Of a stretch of 64,000 nt of DNA, positions 17,052 to 26,440 are shown in pieces. Positions within the stretch are counted from its first letter, which is position 1; every line of letters starts with the position of its first letter. This DNA is from Phycisphaerales bacterium. GTDB lineage: Bacteria > Planctomycetota > Phycisphaerae > Phycisphaerales > SM1A02. Location of the stretch: NCBI GenBank assembly GCA_014238965.1, contig JABAAC010000053.1, positions 8,284 through 72,283 on the forward strand. The letters are read 5' to 3'. The notes below the pieces were generated by a model that searched no databases, had not been told where the DNA came from, and saw only the letters and a list, made by a program, of their open reading frames with translations. Position numbers and translations under genes: made by a program.

Positions 17052-20000
17052 TCACGGTTCGCGGAGCCAATTGAGCAAGGTTCGAATTTCGCCTGGACGC
17101 AGCGTGTTGAGCAGCCCAGATGGCATTGTCGAAACATCAGAAGGTTCGATGGACAGGATGTCTGATCTCAGTATCGACATCGTTCGCACAGGGGCATATG
17201 GGTCCACATCTAGGACGATGCGACGGGCATCAATATCGATCAGCCGGCCCGTAAACAAGCCATCTTCAGTTTCCACCCATGTCGCGGCGTACTGATCAGA
17301 CACATTTCGGTTTGGTTCGAGCATGGCTCGAAGGAGGTCCGGTTCGCTCAATCTGCCACCCACGCCGCTCAAGTCGGGGCCTGCTGACCCGCCACGCCCG
17401 TGAAATCGGTGGCATTCCACACATCTTGCTGCAGTGAATAAGGCCTCGCCATCGCCTTCTGGCGTAGCGTCCACAAGTGCAGCATTGAGTTCACTGATCG
17501 TCCAATGAGCCACATGCGGCCTTTTCATGCTCGGTACGGTCGGGTTGTCATCGACATCAAGTTGCCCCAGGAGGGCATTGCGATGCGATGCTTCCATGTC
17601 TCGCATGAACCGAGTTTCGAATGCTTGGAGAAAGCCCGCAGCGCTGCGTCCACCAACAATGCCGCGCTGCCTCCGCAGCCACCGAACATAGTGAAGTTCC
17701 TGTGATGGGGTCCAGTGGCCTCGATGTAACCGAGCCAATAAGGCCCAATATAAAGCGTCATCGCGATGCACAGACTCCATCTTTGCAAGCAACCAAGCAT
17801 TGATATCGGCGTTCAGATGCACTAGGACTCGCGCAGCCTCGCGCTGTACTTGATGGTTGCTGTTCTGAAGCATTCGATGAAGCGTCTGCTCCAGTACATC
17901 ACGAGTAGCAGCGGTGGGGTCGCCATGCCGCGCCATCATGACCGCCATGGCACGCAGCAAGTCCGCCTGTACGCCAACATCGCCAGTGCGCGTCGTCGCT
18001 GCGGCCAATCGAAGTAATGCCTCATCGCGATCATCGCCCCCCCCGTGCTTTGCTAGGTGCAGCATTCCATCGACCATGATTGGGGGGTCTGTTTCTCGCA
18101 GTGCGCGGTCGCGGACCGTCTCTTGTGGAAGTGCGTGAAGGGCTGATCGCGCTGCAGTGGACATGGCTCGATCGCCTGTACCAAGGTGTCGCCATACTTC
18201 ATCAATCGAAAGGTTGCCCGCAACGCCGGCGCGTTCCAGTCTCATACGCTGCGTTATGGCTGGTGAGATGTCCACTTGAGGTTCAACCCACTGGGGTTCA
18301 TCTGCTGCTATGCGCCAGAGGCTCGATGTTGTGCCGCGGCCGCCGGTGATGATGTACAACGCTCCGTCGGGCTTGGGTGCAAATCGCATACAACTGACGT
18401 TGAATGGGCGGCCGTGGGCGAAGAGTTCTAGGGTACCCGTGAACGACGCTCCTTTAGCTTGTGGCTCAAGTGACCAGATGCGGCCATAGGACCAGTCTGC
18501 GAGCAACAGTACGCCTTCCCAGTCCGCGCCAAAGCCACCATCGCCAGCATGCACCACTGCAGTTGGACTCGCTGGCGGGGTGTCAGCGACCGCTGGCAGT
18601 GCATCGGGGTACCAATTCGCCCACTTGCCAGTGCCTCCACGCCAGCCATTGTCTGCGCCGGGCACAATGTGCACCACGCGGGGCGGCCGATACCACGGCA
18701 TGCCCATGTCCCACTCCATGTCACTGTCAAATGTGAAGCATGAATCGTCCGGCATGAATGCAAGATCACAAGCGTTGCGTAAACCGCCACTGACGACTTC
18801 GAACGACAAGGCATCCAAATCCGTTCGCAATACGACACCGCCGGGTGATGTGATACCAACGGCGTGGCCATTGGCATCCCACTGTCGCTCGAGCAGAAGA
18901 TCTTCGGCCCATGCACGAAAAGGACTGTCTTCTAGATTGGTACGTGGAGGCAGTGCTGTGTGGTTGCCCTGCACGATCCACAATTTTCCATCGGGGCCAA
19001 GTCGGATTGCATGCGGCCCGTGTTCTGAGCCATTGCCCCAGATTGCGAGGTGTTCGTGTGTGTCGTAGCGACCATCGCCGGTCGTGTCGCGCAATCGATG
19101 CAAGCCGCCCTTTGGTGGATTGCGTGAGACGATGACGTACAAGGCACCGTCTGAATACAGCATGCCCTGTGCATGGCCAATGTCAATGGCGATGGGTTCA
19201 CTTGTACCCTCTGCTAGGTTGAGTCGACGAATGCGACCATGCTGAGGCGATACGAGCAGCTCACCATCTGGTTCAAATGCCATGGATACCCATGAGCCTT
19301 GGTCGCTGGGTACATCCATTAGTTTTTGAGCATGAAAGCCATCGGGAACCTGCAACTGGTCAATACTGCTGATTGCTTCAATATGGCGCAAGTCAATCTG
19401 GCGAAGCGATACACGACTATTGCTACCTGGCTTAAGTCCAAACCCGATTCCACCGGTCATGTGTTGCGTACTGGGATCTTCATCCCACGTTTCGGAGACG
19501 AGTCGGCCATCAATATGGTGTGTGAGGTGTGGCCCTTTCGCTGTGACACGCAGCGTGTGCCAAGTGCCCACTGTGATATCAGCGAGCAGTGCATCCGCGT
19601 CGCCAACAACGCCGAGGTCTTGGCGATTGTCTTGAAATCCAAAGCGTCGCCGTGCGCCTGGTGGTGTCATCGGGCCACGGCCACCAATTTCATGGAGCGA
19701 TCCGGTGTCAGTGTTTGTCGCGTCGATCGATGCAAAGTAGCCGTGCAGTTGGTGTGTGTCGTCGAAGGTAGTTCGATAGGCAACCGCCGTCGTCCCTGCG
19801 TCAATTTGAAATGCCAGTGTCAGGACGAAGTCACCGGCGGTGCCGGGCCAGAGCAGCCAACTCGCTTGGGTCAATCCATCGCCTGAGCCCACAATGGATG
19901 TTTCGGAGTCCGTCGTTTCGACCGTCCAGACTGCAGGGCCCACAACGGTGAAGCCTTCAAGCGATTGGCCATCGAAGATTGGTGCAGTGCAGATTGTCAG

Positions 20001-20063
20001 CGCAAGGGCATGCAGCACCACGGCAGCATAGAGTGCCTGACTGATGTGTGACGAACCCGCCAT
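17052..20063 (-). CDS. PVC-type multidomain protein: DUF1080 (3-keto-disaccharide hydrolase-like), beta-propeller dehydrogenase-like region, HEAT repeats and C-terminal cytochrome c
   Basis: N-terminal signal (MAGSSHISQALYAAVVLHALALTICTA from ATG 20063). DUF1080-like FDGQSLEGF start. C-terminal CVECH heme motif (17409-17423). The overall order matches the membrane-bound-dehydrogenase / heme-binding family common in Planctomycetes. Confidence 0.7.
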   Translation of the reverse strand: MAGSSHISQALYAAVVLHALALTICTAPIFDGQSLEGFTVVGPAVWTVETTDSETSIVGSGDGLTQASWLLWPGTAGDFVLTLAFQIDAGTTAVAYRTTFDDTHQLHGYFASIDATNTDTGSLHEIGGRGPMTPPGARRRFGFQDNRQDLGVVGDADALLADITVGTWHTLRVTAKGPHLTHHIDGRLVSETWDEDPSTQHMTGGIGFGLKPGSNSRVSLRQIDLRHIEAISSIDQLQVPDGFHAQKLMDVPSDQGSWVSMAFEPDGELLVSPQHGRIRRLNLAEGTSEPIAIDIGHAQGMLYSDGALYVIVSRNPPKGGLHRLRDTTGDGRYDTHEHLAIWGNGSEHGPHAIRLGPDGKLWIVQGNHTALPPRTNLEDSPFRAWAEDLLLERQWDANGHAVGITSPGGVVLRTDLDALSFEVVSGGLRNACDLAFMPDDSCFTFDSDMEWDMGMPWYRPPRVVHIVPGADNGWRGGTGKWANWYPDALPAVADTPPASPTAVVHAGDGGFGADWEGVLLLADWSYGRIWSLEPQAKGASFTGTLELFAHGRPFNVSCMRFAPKPDGALYIITGGRGTTSSLWRIAADEPQWVEPQVDISPAITQRMRLERAGVAGNLSIDEVWRHLGTGDRAMSTAARSALHALPQETVRDRALRETDPPIMVDGMLHLAKHGGGDDRDEALLRLAAATTRTGDVGVQADLLRAMAVMMARHGDPTAATRDVLEQTLHRMLQNSNHQVQREAARVLVHLNADINAWLLAKMESVHRDDALYWALLARLHRGHWTPSQELHYVRWLRRQRGIVGGRSAAGFLQAFETRFMRDMEASHRNALLGQLDVDDNPTVPSMKRPHVAHWTISELNAALVDATPEGDGEALFTAARCVECHRFHGRGGSAGPDLSGVGGRLSEPDLLRAMLEPNRNVSDQYAATWVETEDGLFTGRLIDIDARRIVLDVDPYAPVRTMSILRSDILSIEPSDVSTMPSGLLNTLRPGEIRTLLNWLREP

Positions 20064-20709
20064 TTTACACGGTACAGCCGACTGGCTTGTAGTGGACAAA
20101 CCTGTGGGTTGGCACACGATCAGTGGGTCAGGCGCATCCGATCGGCCAGATCTTGAGGCGTGGTTGCGAGCACACGTCAACACAAGTGTTGATCTACATG
20201 AAGCTGGCTTGGTGCATCGACTGGACCTCTATACCGGAGGATGTGTGCTTGTGGCGACTAACGAACAAGCGAGACAAATGTTGCGTGAGGCCATGAGCGG
20301 GAGAGGCAACATTGCCGATGCAATTCGCAAGGTGTATCTCGCCCAAGCCACAAGCGATATTCCATCTCGTGGCGGATTTGAGTTGTCGTTTTCCAGTCGC
20401 TACAAGCGTTCCAAGAGAGTCACGGTGTCTGCGACGGGGCCACAAAAGTCGCTTGGCATTTGTCAGTGGCGAGGTGGATACGCGGGCGGTGGAAATGGTG
20501 TAATCGAAGTTGAGTTACAAGGCCCTGGTCGGCGACATCAGATTCGCGCTGGACTTGCGCATCTAGGGCATCCACTCGTTGGCGATGCACTTTATGGCAG
20601 CTCTGAAGTTGAAACAGCAGGTGATGTAGGCCCACGACTGCATGCATGGCGATTGTATATAGGAGATGACGTCGTCGAATCGCCGCCGCCTCACTGGGCA
20701 CATGCCTAA
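20044..20709 (+). CDS. RluA-family pseudouridine synthase
   Basis: WLVVDKPVGWHT, catalytic HRLDLYTGGCVLVA and RRHQIRAGLAHLGHPLVGDALYG motifs. Confidence 0.8.
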   Translation: MCDEPAILHGTADWLVVDKPVGWHTISGSGASDRPDLEAWLRAHVNTSVDLHEAGLVHRLDLYTGGCVLVATNEQARQMLREAMSGRGNIADAIRKVYLAQATSDIPSRGGFELSFSSRYKRSKRVTVSATGPQKSLGICQWRGGYAGGGNGVIEVELQGPGRRHQIRAGLAHLGHPLVGDALYGSSEVETAGDVGPRLHAWRLYIGDDVVESPPPHWAHA

Positions 20710-20799
20710 TCTTTTGCAGGATTGGTTTACGTAGTTGTTCGCTCTAGTGCGGCCTCGCCAGTGACGAGTTATGCCTGCCATGGAGGAGTCTGGGCTGCT

Positions 20800-21393
20800 T
20801 TACATGGGTTTGAGTGTGATGGCGCGAAAGCGCCCTTGGTCATCAAACGATCCAAACCCAATGCGCCCACCACGAAAGGGTGTGTCTGTGGCTTCCAGCA
20901 CCAGTTTGTCATCAAAGTAAGCGCGAGTGAAGCCGGAGTGAATGTTGCGTTCGATGCGGAGATCGTGCCAAGTATCGCGGCCCCAATCGACACCGTCGGT
21001 TCGAAAGCTTGTTGCGGGCTTTCTTGCTTCGCCATTTACGATTTGAATGTGATGGCTGTTTTGATCTGCTTGGGTTGCCATATGCACATAGCCAAAGTGG
21101 GCTGGATCTTGCCAGTCGAAAAAGATGCATAGATCGCGGTGGCCATAGTCATGGCCCGTCTGCATGGCTTGGCATTCGATAACGTAGGAATCGGTGATCT
21201 GTGTTTGGAACAACGCGATTGCTCGGGGCGAGGCGTGGGGGGGTTTGTATGTGGAGCCTTCGGTCAAGATGAGTTCGTTGTTGTCAACGGACCAGATGGC
21301 GGTGTCGAAGCACTCAAATTGATCGAGTGAGTCAAGGGGAATAGTGGCGGGGGTCTTTGTCGAGCAGCCCGCCAGCACGATGGCGGCGGCCAT
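20800..21393 (-). CDS. DUF1080 (3-keto-disaccharide hydrolase-like) lipoprotein
   Basis: Lipobox MAAAIVLAGCS from ATG 21393. Family-typical C-terminus GGRIGFGSFDDQGRFRAITLKPM. Confidence 0.65.
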   Translation of the reverse strand: MAAAIVLAGCSTKTPATIPLDSLDQFECFDTAIWSVDNNELILTEGSTYKPPHASPRAIALFQTQITDSYVIECQAMQTGHDYGHRDLCIFFDWQDPAHFGYVHMATQADQNSHHIQIVNGEARKPATSFRTDGVDWGRDTWHDLRIERNIHSGFTRAYFDDKLVLEATDTPFRGGRIGFGSFDDQGRFRAITLKPM

Positions 21394-21407
21394 GATTCCA
21401 AGTGGGC

Positions 21408-21800
21408 TCAGTCCCAACGAAAGACGCCCTTCTTCCAAGCGTAGATGTAGGCAATGATCGACATCAGAATGAAGAACAGAATTCGGCCGAGAAACAATGT
21501 TGCGTCGGGCGATCCGGGGTCCAGTTGGGCAAAGTCCAGTGCCCAGGGATACAGAAAGATGATCTCAATGTCGAAGACCAGAAATGTCATCGCGAGAATG
21601 TAGAAGCGGATGTTGAATCGCCGTCGGGCGGTACCAATTGGATTCATGCCCGATTCGTAGGTGTCACTCTTCTCGCCACCGGTGCGTTTGGGGCCGAGAA
21701 TGCTTGTGGCAACAAGGTTAACAACGCCAAAAATCACCGCCATACCGAGGATCACGGCGACAGGGAGGTAGTTGATGAGTTCGTTGGTGGCCAGCAGCAT
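21408..21800 (-). CDS. nuoA: NADH-quinone oxidoreductase subunit A
   Basis: YESGMNPIGTARRRFNIRFYILAMTFLVFDIEIIFLYPWA matches the NuoA/NdhC core. Start placed at ATG 21800 (MLLATNELINYLPVAVILG). The track ORF extends to 21938. Confidence 0.8.
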   Translation of the reverse strand: MLLATNELINYLPVAVILGMAVIFGVVNLVATSILGPKRTGGEKSDTYESGMNPIGTARRRFNIRFYILAMTFLVFDIEIIFLYPWALDFAQLDPGSPDATLFLGRILFFILMSIIAYIYAWKKGVFRWD

Positions 21801-22115
21801 GCAAGGGGCAGTGTAATGGGGAGGGTTGGCAAAAACCCCCGGAGCAGCGGTGGGCACTGCCCCGGGGGGGAGGGAAGAGCGAAGGAGCTTGTGCTCCTTC
21901 GAAAGTGCCGGAAGTACTGAGCAATGCTGGACAAGCACTGCTCGGGATCGGGGAAGGAATCAAACGTTGCAGACATCTCCTTCGTCTGCAGACAGGGTCG
22001 ACATCCATTCGTCCCTGTCAAATTCCTTCGGAAGGCCTCCTGCTCCGTTCCCTGATCCAAGCCCCGCGATGCGCTTCCGACGTCGCCTCGCGGGATAGGT
22101 TGTGATGCGGCTCGA

Positions 22116-25100
22116 TTAGCTGCAGCCCATCGAGTTTCCGCAGTTCATGCACTTGTAACACGTGCCGTTTCGGACAGTAATTGCGCCACACCCATCACAC
22201 GGTGGCGCATCACCCATCATTGCGGCTTGTGCCGCATTCAACTGAGATGTTGCCGTTTGGGTGCCATCAGCATTAACCAGCGAAGGCGATGGTGCTGCTG
22301 ATCGGTCTTTCGATTGTGTATTGGACTCTCGTCGATCACCTTCGATTGGTCGTGTGGACCGTGGTGCATCGGCAATGCGGTCGTCGTCGGTTATGCGGTC
22401 CGAAGCATCATCTTTGACTTCGATCGATGCAGTGCCGGGACGTGCCGGGGCATTGGCCACTCGGTAGCCCTCGACAAACTCCATGCCCATCCAACGGAAG
22501 ATGTAATCGACGAGCGACTTGGCAAACGGAATCTCCTTGTTCGTCGTCATGCCCTGAGGCTCAAATCGCTGGTGCGCAAACTTTGTGACTAGGCTTGAGA
22601 CGGGCACGCCGTACTGCAGGGCCACACTGATAGCCGTACCAAGGCTGTCCATCAGTCCGCCAATTGTGGACCCTTCCTTTGACATGGTGATGAACAGCTC
22701 GCCAGGCGACCCATCCTTGTACTTACCAACCGTCAAATAGCCCTCATGCCCTGCCACGTTGAAGTGGTGGGTGATGCTCTGACGCGTGTCAGGCAGTCGT
22801 TTTCGCATCGGTCGTTCGATGATCTTTTCAACGACGCGTTCGACGAAGGTCACTTCAGACGTTTCCGCGGTCAGCGCAGCGGCCGTTGTTACTTCATTGG
22901 CGACTTCGTTTCGAGCAGCCACAATGTCGTCTTCGTCTTCATCGGCATCCAGCACCGTCTCGTCCGAGGCTGTGTTCAGCGGCTGGCTCAACTTGCACCC
23001 ATCGCGATACAACGCATTAGCCTTGAGCGCCAATTCCCAACTCAGTCGGTAGCAATCGGCGATGTCTGCCTCAGTGGCTTCATTGGGCAAGTTGATGGTT
23101 TTTGAAATGGCACCAGAGATGAACGGCTGGGCAGCAGCCATCATCTTGATGTGCCCATGTGCATGAATGAGTCGCTTGCCTTCAGGGCCGCACTTGCTCG
23201 CACAGTCGAAGACGGGCAGGTGCTCATCTTTCAAGCCAGGTGCGCCTTCGATGGTCTGCATGCCACAGATCAATCGATTCAATGTTGCAGACTGTCGTGG
23301 TGTTAGTCCAAGGGCAGCAAGGCCGTCGAAGTCGCTATCGTTTCTCGCTGCATCAACATCGCTAACTCCGCACTTTCGGAGCACGGCTTCGGGCATTGAG
23401 AATGCGTTGAACGCCATGCCAAGCCCGAACACAGAGGGCAACTCATCCATTACTGCGGATAGCTCTTCAGCGGTATAGCCACGTTCTACAAGCAGATCTC
23501 GGAACGTATCACCGTTGCCTTCGCCTCCATCTTCCGATGGCATAGGAACGTCCAGATCAAGCGTGCCCATCACCCAGCGGATGATTGCCGTAGCGTCATC
23601 TTCGTGGTATCCAAGGGCCAGCAGGGCTGGATGCAGCGACTGATTGGCGATCTTGAAGTAGCCACCGCCGGCGAGCTTTTTGAACTTCGTCAAGGCAAAG
23701 TCTGGCTCGACGCCGGTTGTGTCGCAATCCATCAGCAGGCCAATCGTGCCCGTAGGTGCGATGACAGTGACCTGTGCATTTCTAAAGCCGTGTCGCTCGC
23801 CAAGTGAGACTGCACGGTCCCAGCACTCAATGGCAGCATTGAGCACGGTGTCTGCGTTGGTAATGAGCATTGACTGGCTTGAGGCCATAGCGTGATCGAT
23901 TGGAACTGGGCGGACATCGAGGCCTTCCCATTCCGTGCTATTGCGTGCAACGCCCATGGCGGCTCGCCGATGGTTTCGCATCACTCGCAACATGCTGTCG
24001 CGGTTTTGATCGAATGCAGCGAATGGGCCGTGCTCACCCGCGAGTTGTGCACTCATGGCATAGGCACGACCAGTAAGGATGGACGACATGCAGCCGCTGA
24101 TGTGTCGGCCCTCATCCGAGTCGTAGGGGATGCCTGCCTGCATCAACATGGCGCCGAGATTGGCGAAGCCCAAACCAAGGGTTCTATATGTCCAACTCTT
24201 GTCCGCAATTGCTTTGGAGGGGAATGCGGCCATGAGTACTGACACTTCCAGAACAATGGTCCAGATGTCGATGGCGTGGGTGTATCCATCAACGTCGAAG
24301 ACGCGCTGTTCGGAATCGTAGAATTTCATCAGGTTGATGGATGCCAGATTGCAAGCCGTGTCATCAAGGAACATGTATTCAGAACATGGATTCGATGCAT
24401 TGATTCGGCCGTCATCGGGGCATGTGTGCCACTCGTTGATGGTGCCGTCGAACTGAAGCCCAGGGTCAGCGCAGTGCCATGCGGCACGGCAAATCTGTCC
24501 CCAAAGGTCATCCGCTGGAAGCGTGCGTGCAACTTCACCGTCGGTGCGACGAATCAACTGCCAGTCGTCGCCAGCTTCCGCGGCATGCATGAAGTCGTGT
24601 GACAGACGTACCGAATTGTTGGAATTCTGGCCAGAGACCGTTTGGTAGGCCTCGCCGTTGAAGTCGTAGTCCAACTGCATGCCCATGTCTTTGGCAAGGG
24701 AGACCTTCGCGGGATCGAGCGATTTGAGACCCTCGACCATTGCCGCGACTTTGAGTTCTTCACGAACCTTCCAATTGACGAATGCTTCGATATCGGGATG
24801 GTCCGCGTCGAGGCAAACCATTTTGGCCGCGCGGCGTGTTGTTCCGCCAGATTTGATTGCACCAGCAGCGCGGTCGCCGATTTTTAGAAAGCTCATCAGT
24901 CCGCTGGATCGCCCACCGCCTGACAAGGGCTCTTCGTCACCGCGAATGCCAGAGAAGTTGGTGCCAGTTCCAGATCCGTACTTGAATAGTCGAGCTTCGC
25001 GTGTCCATAAGTCCATGATGCCGTTGTTGCCAACGAGGTCATCGTCGACCGACTGAATGAAACAGGCGTGTGGTTGTGGGTGTGAGTAGGCATCGTCGGC

Positions 25101-25610
25101 CAGCCGTGTGTGGCCAGATCGTGCGTCGGCGACCCAGTGCCCCTGTGGTGGTCCACTGATGCCGTACGCCCAGTTCAGTCCGGTGTTAAACCACTGTGGG
25201 CTATTGGGTGCAGCGACTTGGTTGAGCATCATCCAAACAAGTTCGTCGCAGAATGTCTCGGCATCATCAGGTGTGTCGAAATAGCCGTGTTTTTCACCCC
25301 ATGCACGCCAGCATCCTGCGAGTCGTCGAATGACTTGCCGTGCGCTGCGTTCGGGGCCGGTGACGGCATGTCCATTGTCATCAAGGACCGGGCGGCCATC
25401 ATCATCTACTTGAGGTACTCCCGCTTTACGGAAATACTTGCTCACCATGATGTCAGTAGCCAGCTGACTCCATGACTTTGGAATCCAGGCCTCCTTCATC
25501 TCAAAGACGATCGAGCCGTCAGCGTTGGTGATTTTGCTTGAGCGTTTCTCCCATTCAACTGTGGAATAAACGTCCTGTCCCTTTGTCGTAAATCGTCGCT
25601 TAATCTTCAT
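22116..25610 (-). CDS. nrdJ: adenosylcobalamin-dependent (class II) ribonucleotide reductase
   Basis: N-terminus MKIKRRFTTKGQDVYSTVEWEKRSSKITNADGSIVFEMKEAWIPKSWSQLATDIMVSKYFRKAG. NPCSEYMFLDDTACNLASINL active-site block. C-terminal CDGCGAITVRNGTCYKCMNCG cysteine tail. Confidence 0.9.
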   Translation of the reverse strand: MKIKRRFTTKGQDVYSTVEWEKRSSKITNADGSIVFEMKEAWIPKSWSQLATDIMVSKYFRKAGVPQVDDDGRPVLDDNGHAVTGPERSARQVIRRLAGCWRAWGEKHGYFDTPDDAETFCDELVWMMLNQVAAPNSPQWFNTGLNWAYGISGPPQGHWVADARSGHTRLADDAYSHPQPHACFIQSVDDDLVGNNGIMDLWTREARLFKYGSGTGTNFSGIRGDEEPLSGGGRSSGLMSFLKIGDRAAGAIKSGGTTRRAAKMVCLDADHPDIEAFVNWKVREELKVAAMVEGLKSLDPAKVSLAKDMGMQLDYDFNGEAYQTVSGQNSNNSVRLSHDFMHAAEAGDDWQLIRRTDGEVARTLPADDLWGQICRAAWHCADPGLQFDGTINEWHTCPDDGRINASNPCSEYMFLDDTACNLASINLMKFYDSEQRVFDVDGYTHAIDIWTIVLEVSVLMAAFPSKAIADKSWTYRTLGLGFANLGAMLMQAGIPYDSDEGRHISGCMSSILTGRAYAMSAQLAGEHGPFAAFDQNRDSMLRVMRNHRRAAMGVARNSTEWEGLDVRPVPIDHAMASSQSMLITNADTVLNAAIECWDRAVSLGERHGFRNAQVTVIAPTGTIGLLMDCDTTGVEPDFALTKFKKLAGGGYFKIANQSLHPALLALGYHEDDATAIIRWVMGTLDLDVPMPSEDGGEGNGDTFRDLLVERGYTAEELSAVMDELPSVFGLGMAFNAFSMPEAVLRKCGVSDVDAARNDSDFDGLAALGLTPRQSATLNRLICGMQTIEGAPGLKDEHLPVFDCASKCGPEGKRLIHAHGHIKMMAAAQPFISGAISKTINLPNEATEADIADCYRLSWELALKANALYRDGCKLSQPLNTASDETVLDADEDEDDIVAARNEVANEVTTAAALTAETSEVTFVERVVEKIIERPMRKRLPDTRQSITHHFNVAGHEGYLTVGKYKDGSPGELFITMSKEGSTIGGLMDSLGTAISVALQYGVPVSSLVTKFAHQRFEPQGMTTNKEIPFAKSLVDYIFRWMGMEFVEGYRVANAPARPGTASIEVKDDASDRITDDDRIADAPRSTRPIEGDRRESNTQSKDRSAAPSPSLVNADGTQTATSQLNAAQAAMMGDAPPCDGCGAITVRNGTCYKCMNCGNSMGCS

Positions 25611-26259
25611 CCGTTTGCCTTTGTCCGTCCGTGGTCCATGTGCCTGTCTTGTTGTCGTCCCTGACTACGTATTGATCTGTCCTTGCGTAACTGATTGTGT
25701 TGATTGTTCTGAAGCGTCCGTGCGAGGCTGTAGCAGCCTGAACATGACAGCCATAACTCGGGTCGCCATAGGAGATGCAATTGGAACGTTGTTCACCATC
25801 CCTCAGTGGGGCAATGCCCACAGTGGTACGGATTTCGTCTTCAACGAGTACGGCCATGGCCGCATTCCCTCCAAGGCTGTCGGTTGATGCAACCACATAC
25901 GTGTTGCCCTGTGCAGTGCCTTTGACACTTCACCAACCGAGATGTCCATCCCAGTGGTGCTAGCTGACGGAGTGTCAGGCAGCTTCACTGAGTCTCCCAC
26001 TGGCTCGACACCCCACCGGCGTCGCAACCCACCTTTCACTGAAGAACCCAGGCATCAGCCAGATGGGCCCCAGTGACGAACTTTGCCACGGGCACTTATT
26101 CGTGCTCGTGAACTCCACTTCAACCCCTTCTTCGATGCCGGACGTTCAGTCCAATGGCCGGCCTAGGTCTCATGGGTCCGTCCCGTGAAATCGGCCTTTG
26201 CGTAGCAATGAAAGCCGGTCGTTGGGGAAAGGCCCGTAGAGGGCGAAGAGGCGGGGGGC

Positions 26260-26287
26260 ATAATACCCCTACATGTTGTGGTATCAA
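26260..26287 (-). promoter_or_regulatory. sigma70-like promoter for nrdJ
   Basis: Minus strand reads TTGATA (26287-26282), a 16-nt spacer, then TATTAT (26265-26260). The spacer coincides exactly with NrdR-like box A. Confidence 0.5.
26266..26281 (-). promoter_or_regulatory. NrdR-like box A
   Basis: Plus strand cccCtAcATgTtGtgg against my recalled NrdR consensus acaCwAtATaTwGtgt (11/16). Palindromic core ACATGT. Confidence 0.5.
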
Positions 26288-26296
26288 GGTCTTCGG

Positions 26297-26312
26297 CCAC
26301 TGAATCTAGTAT
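26297..26312 (-). promoter_or_regulatory. NrdR-like box B
   Basis: Plus strand ccaCtGaATcTaGtat (11/16 to the consensus). Its centre is exactly 31 bp from the box A centre. Confidence 0.45.
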
Positions 26313-26327
26313 CACTTTAGTAAAATC

Positions 26328-26343
26328 ACGCAAGATCTACTAC
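26328..26343 (-). promoter_or_regulatory. NrdR-like box C
   Basis: Plus strand acgCaAgATcTaCtac (10/16). Core AGATCT. Its centre is exactly 31 bp from the box B centre. Confidence 0.35.
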
Positions 26344-26440
26344 TGGCCCTAGTTATCAGCCTCTAGCAACACTGTGGAACTGGTGGACAAGTTGTTGCTC
26401 ATCCAAGAAATGGGGCCCTCGCACCACCTAGGATCCGCTC

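Noticed and set aside
20044-20063. Head-to-head overlaps of divergent gene starts (20044-20063, and 8075-8106) as a regulatory antisense arrangement.
   Set aside because: Start-codon choice is uncertain for all four genes, and slightly different starts remove the overlaps. This is not solid enough to report as a feature.
21881-21900. Perfect 8-bp hairpin GAAGGAGC-(4 nt loop)-GCTCCTTC between nrdJ and nuoA, as a terminator.
   Set aside because: No U-tract follows on either strand and the stem is short. It could be a processing or stability element, but a terminator is not supported.
25600-26039. Small minus-strand ORFs (98 aa and 78 aa) inside the nrdJ leader.
   Set aside because: There is no SD, the composition is odd, and one overlaps the nrdJ start codon region. 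They look like chance ORFs.
25611-26252. Calling a cobalamin riboswitch in the nrdJ leader.
   Set aside because: Only interrupted fragments resemble the B12-box and core (for example AGCCAG..GAGAC..CUGCC with insertions). The GGGAA-GGUG-AAUCC core is not contiguous. B12 repression of a B12-dependent RNR is not the expected logic. I kept it as an unclassified structured-leader finding pending an Infernal search.
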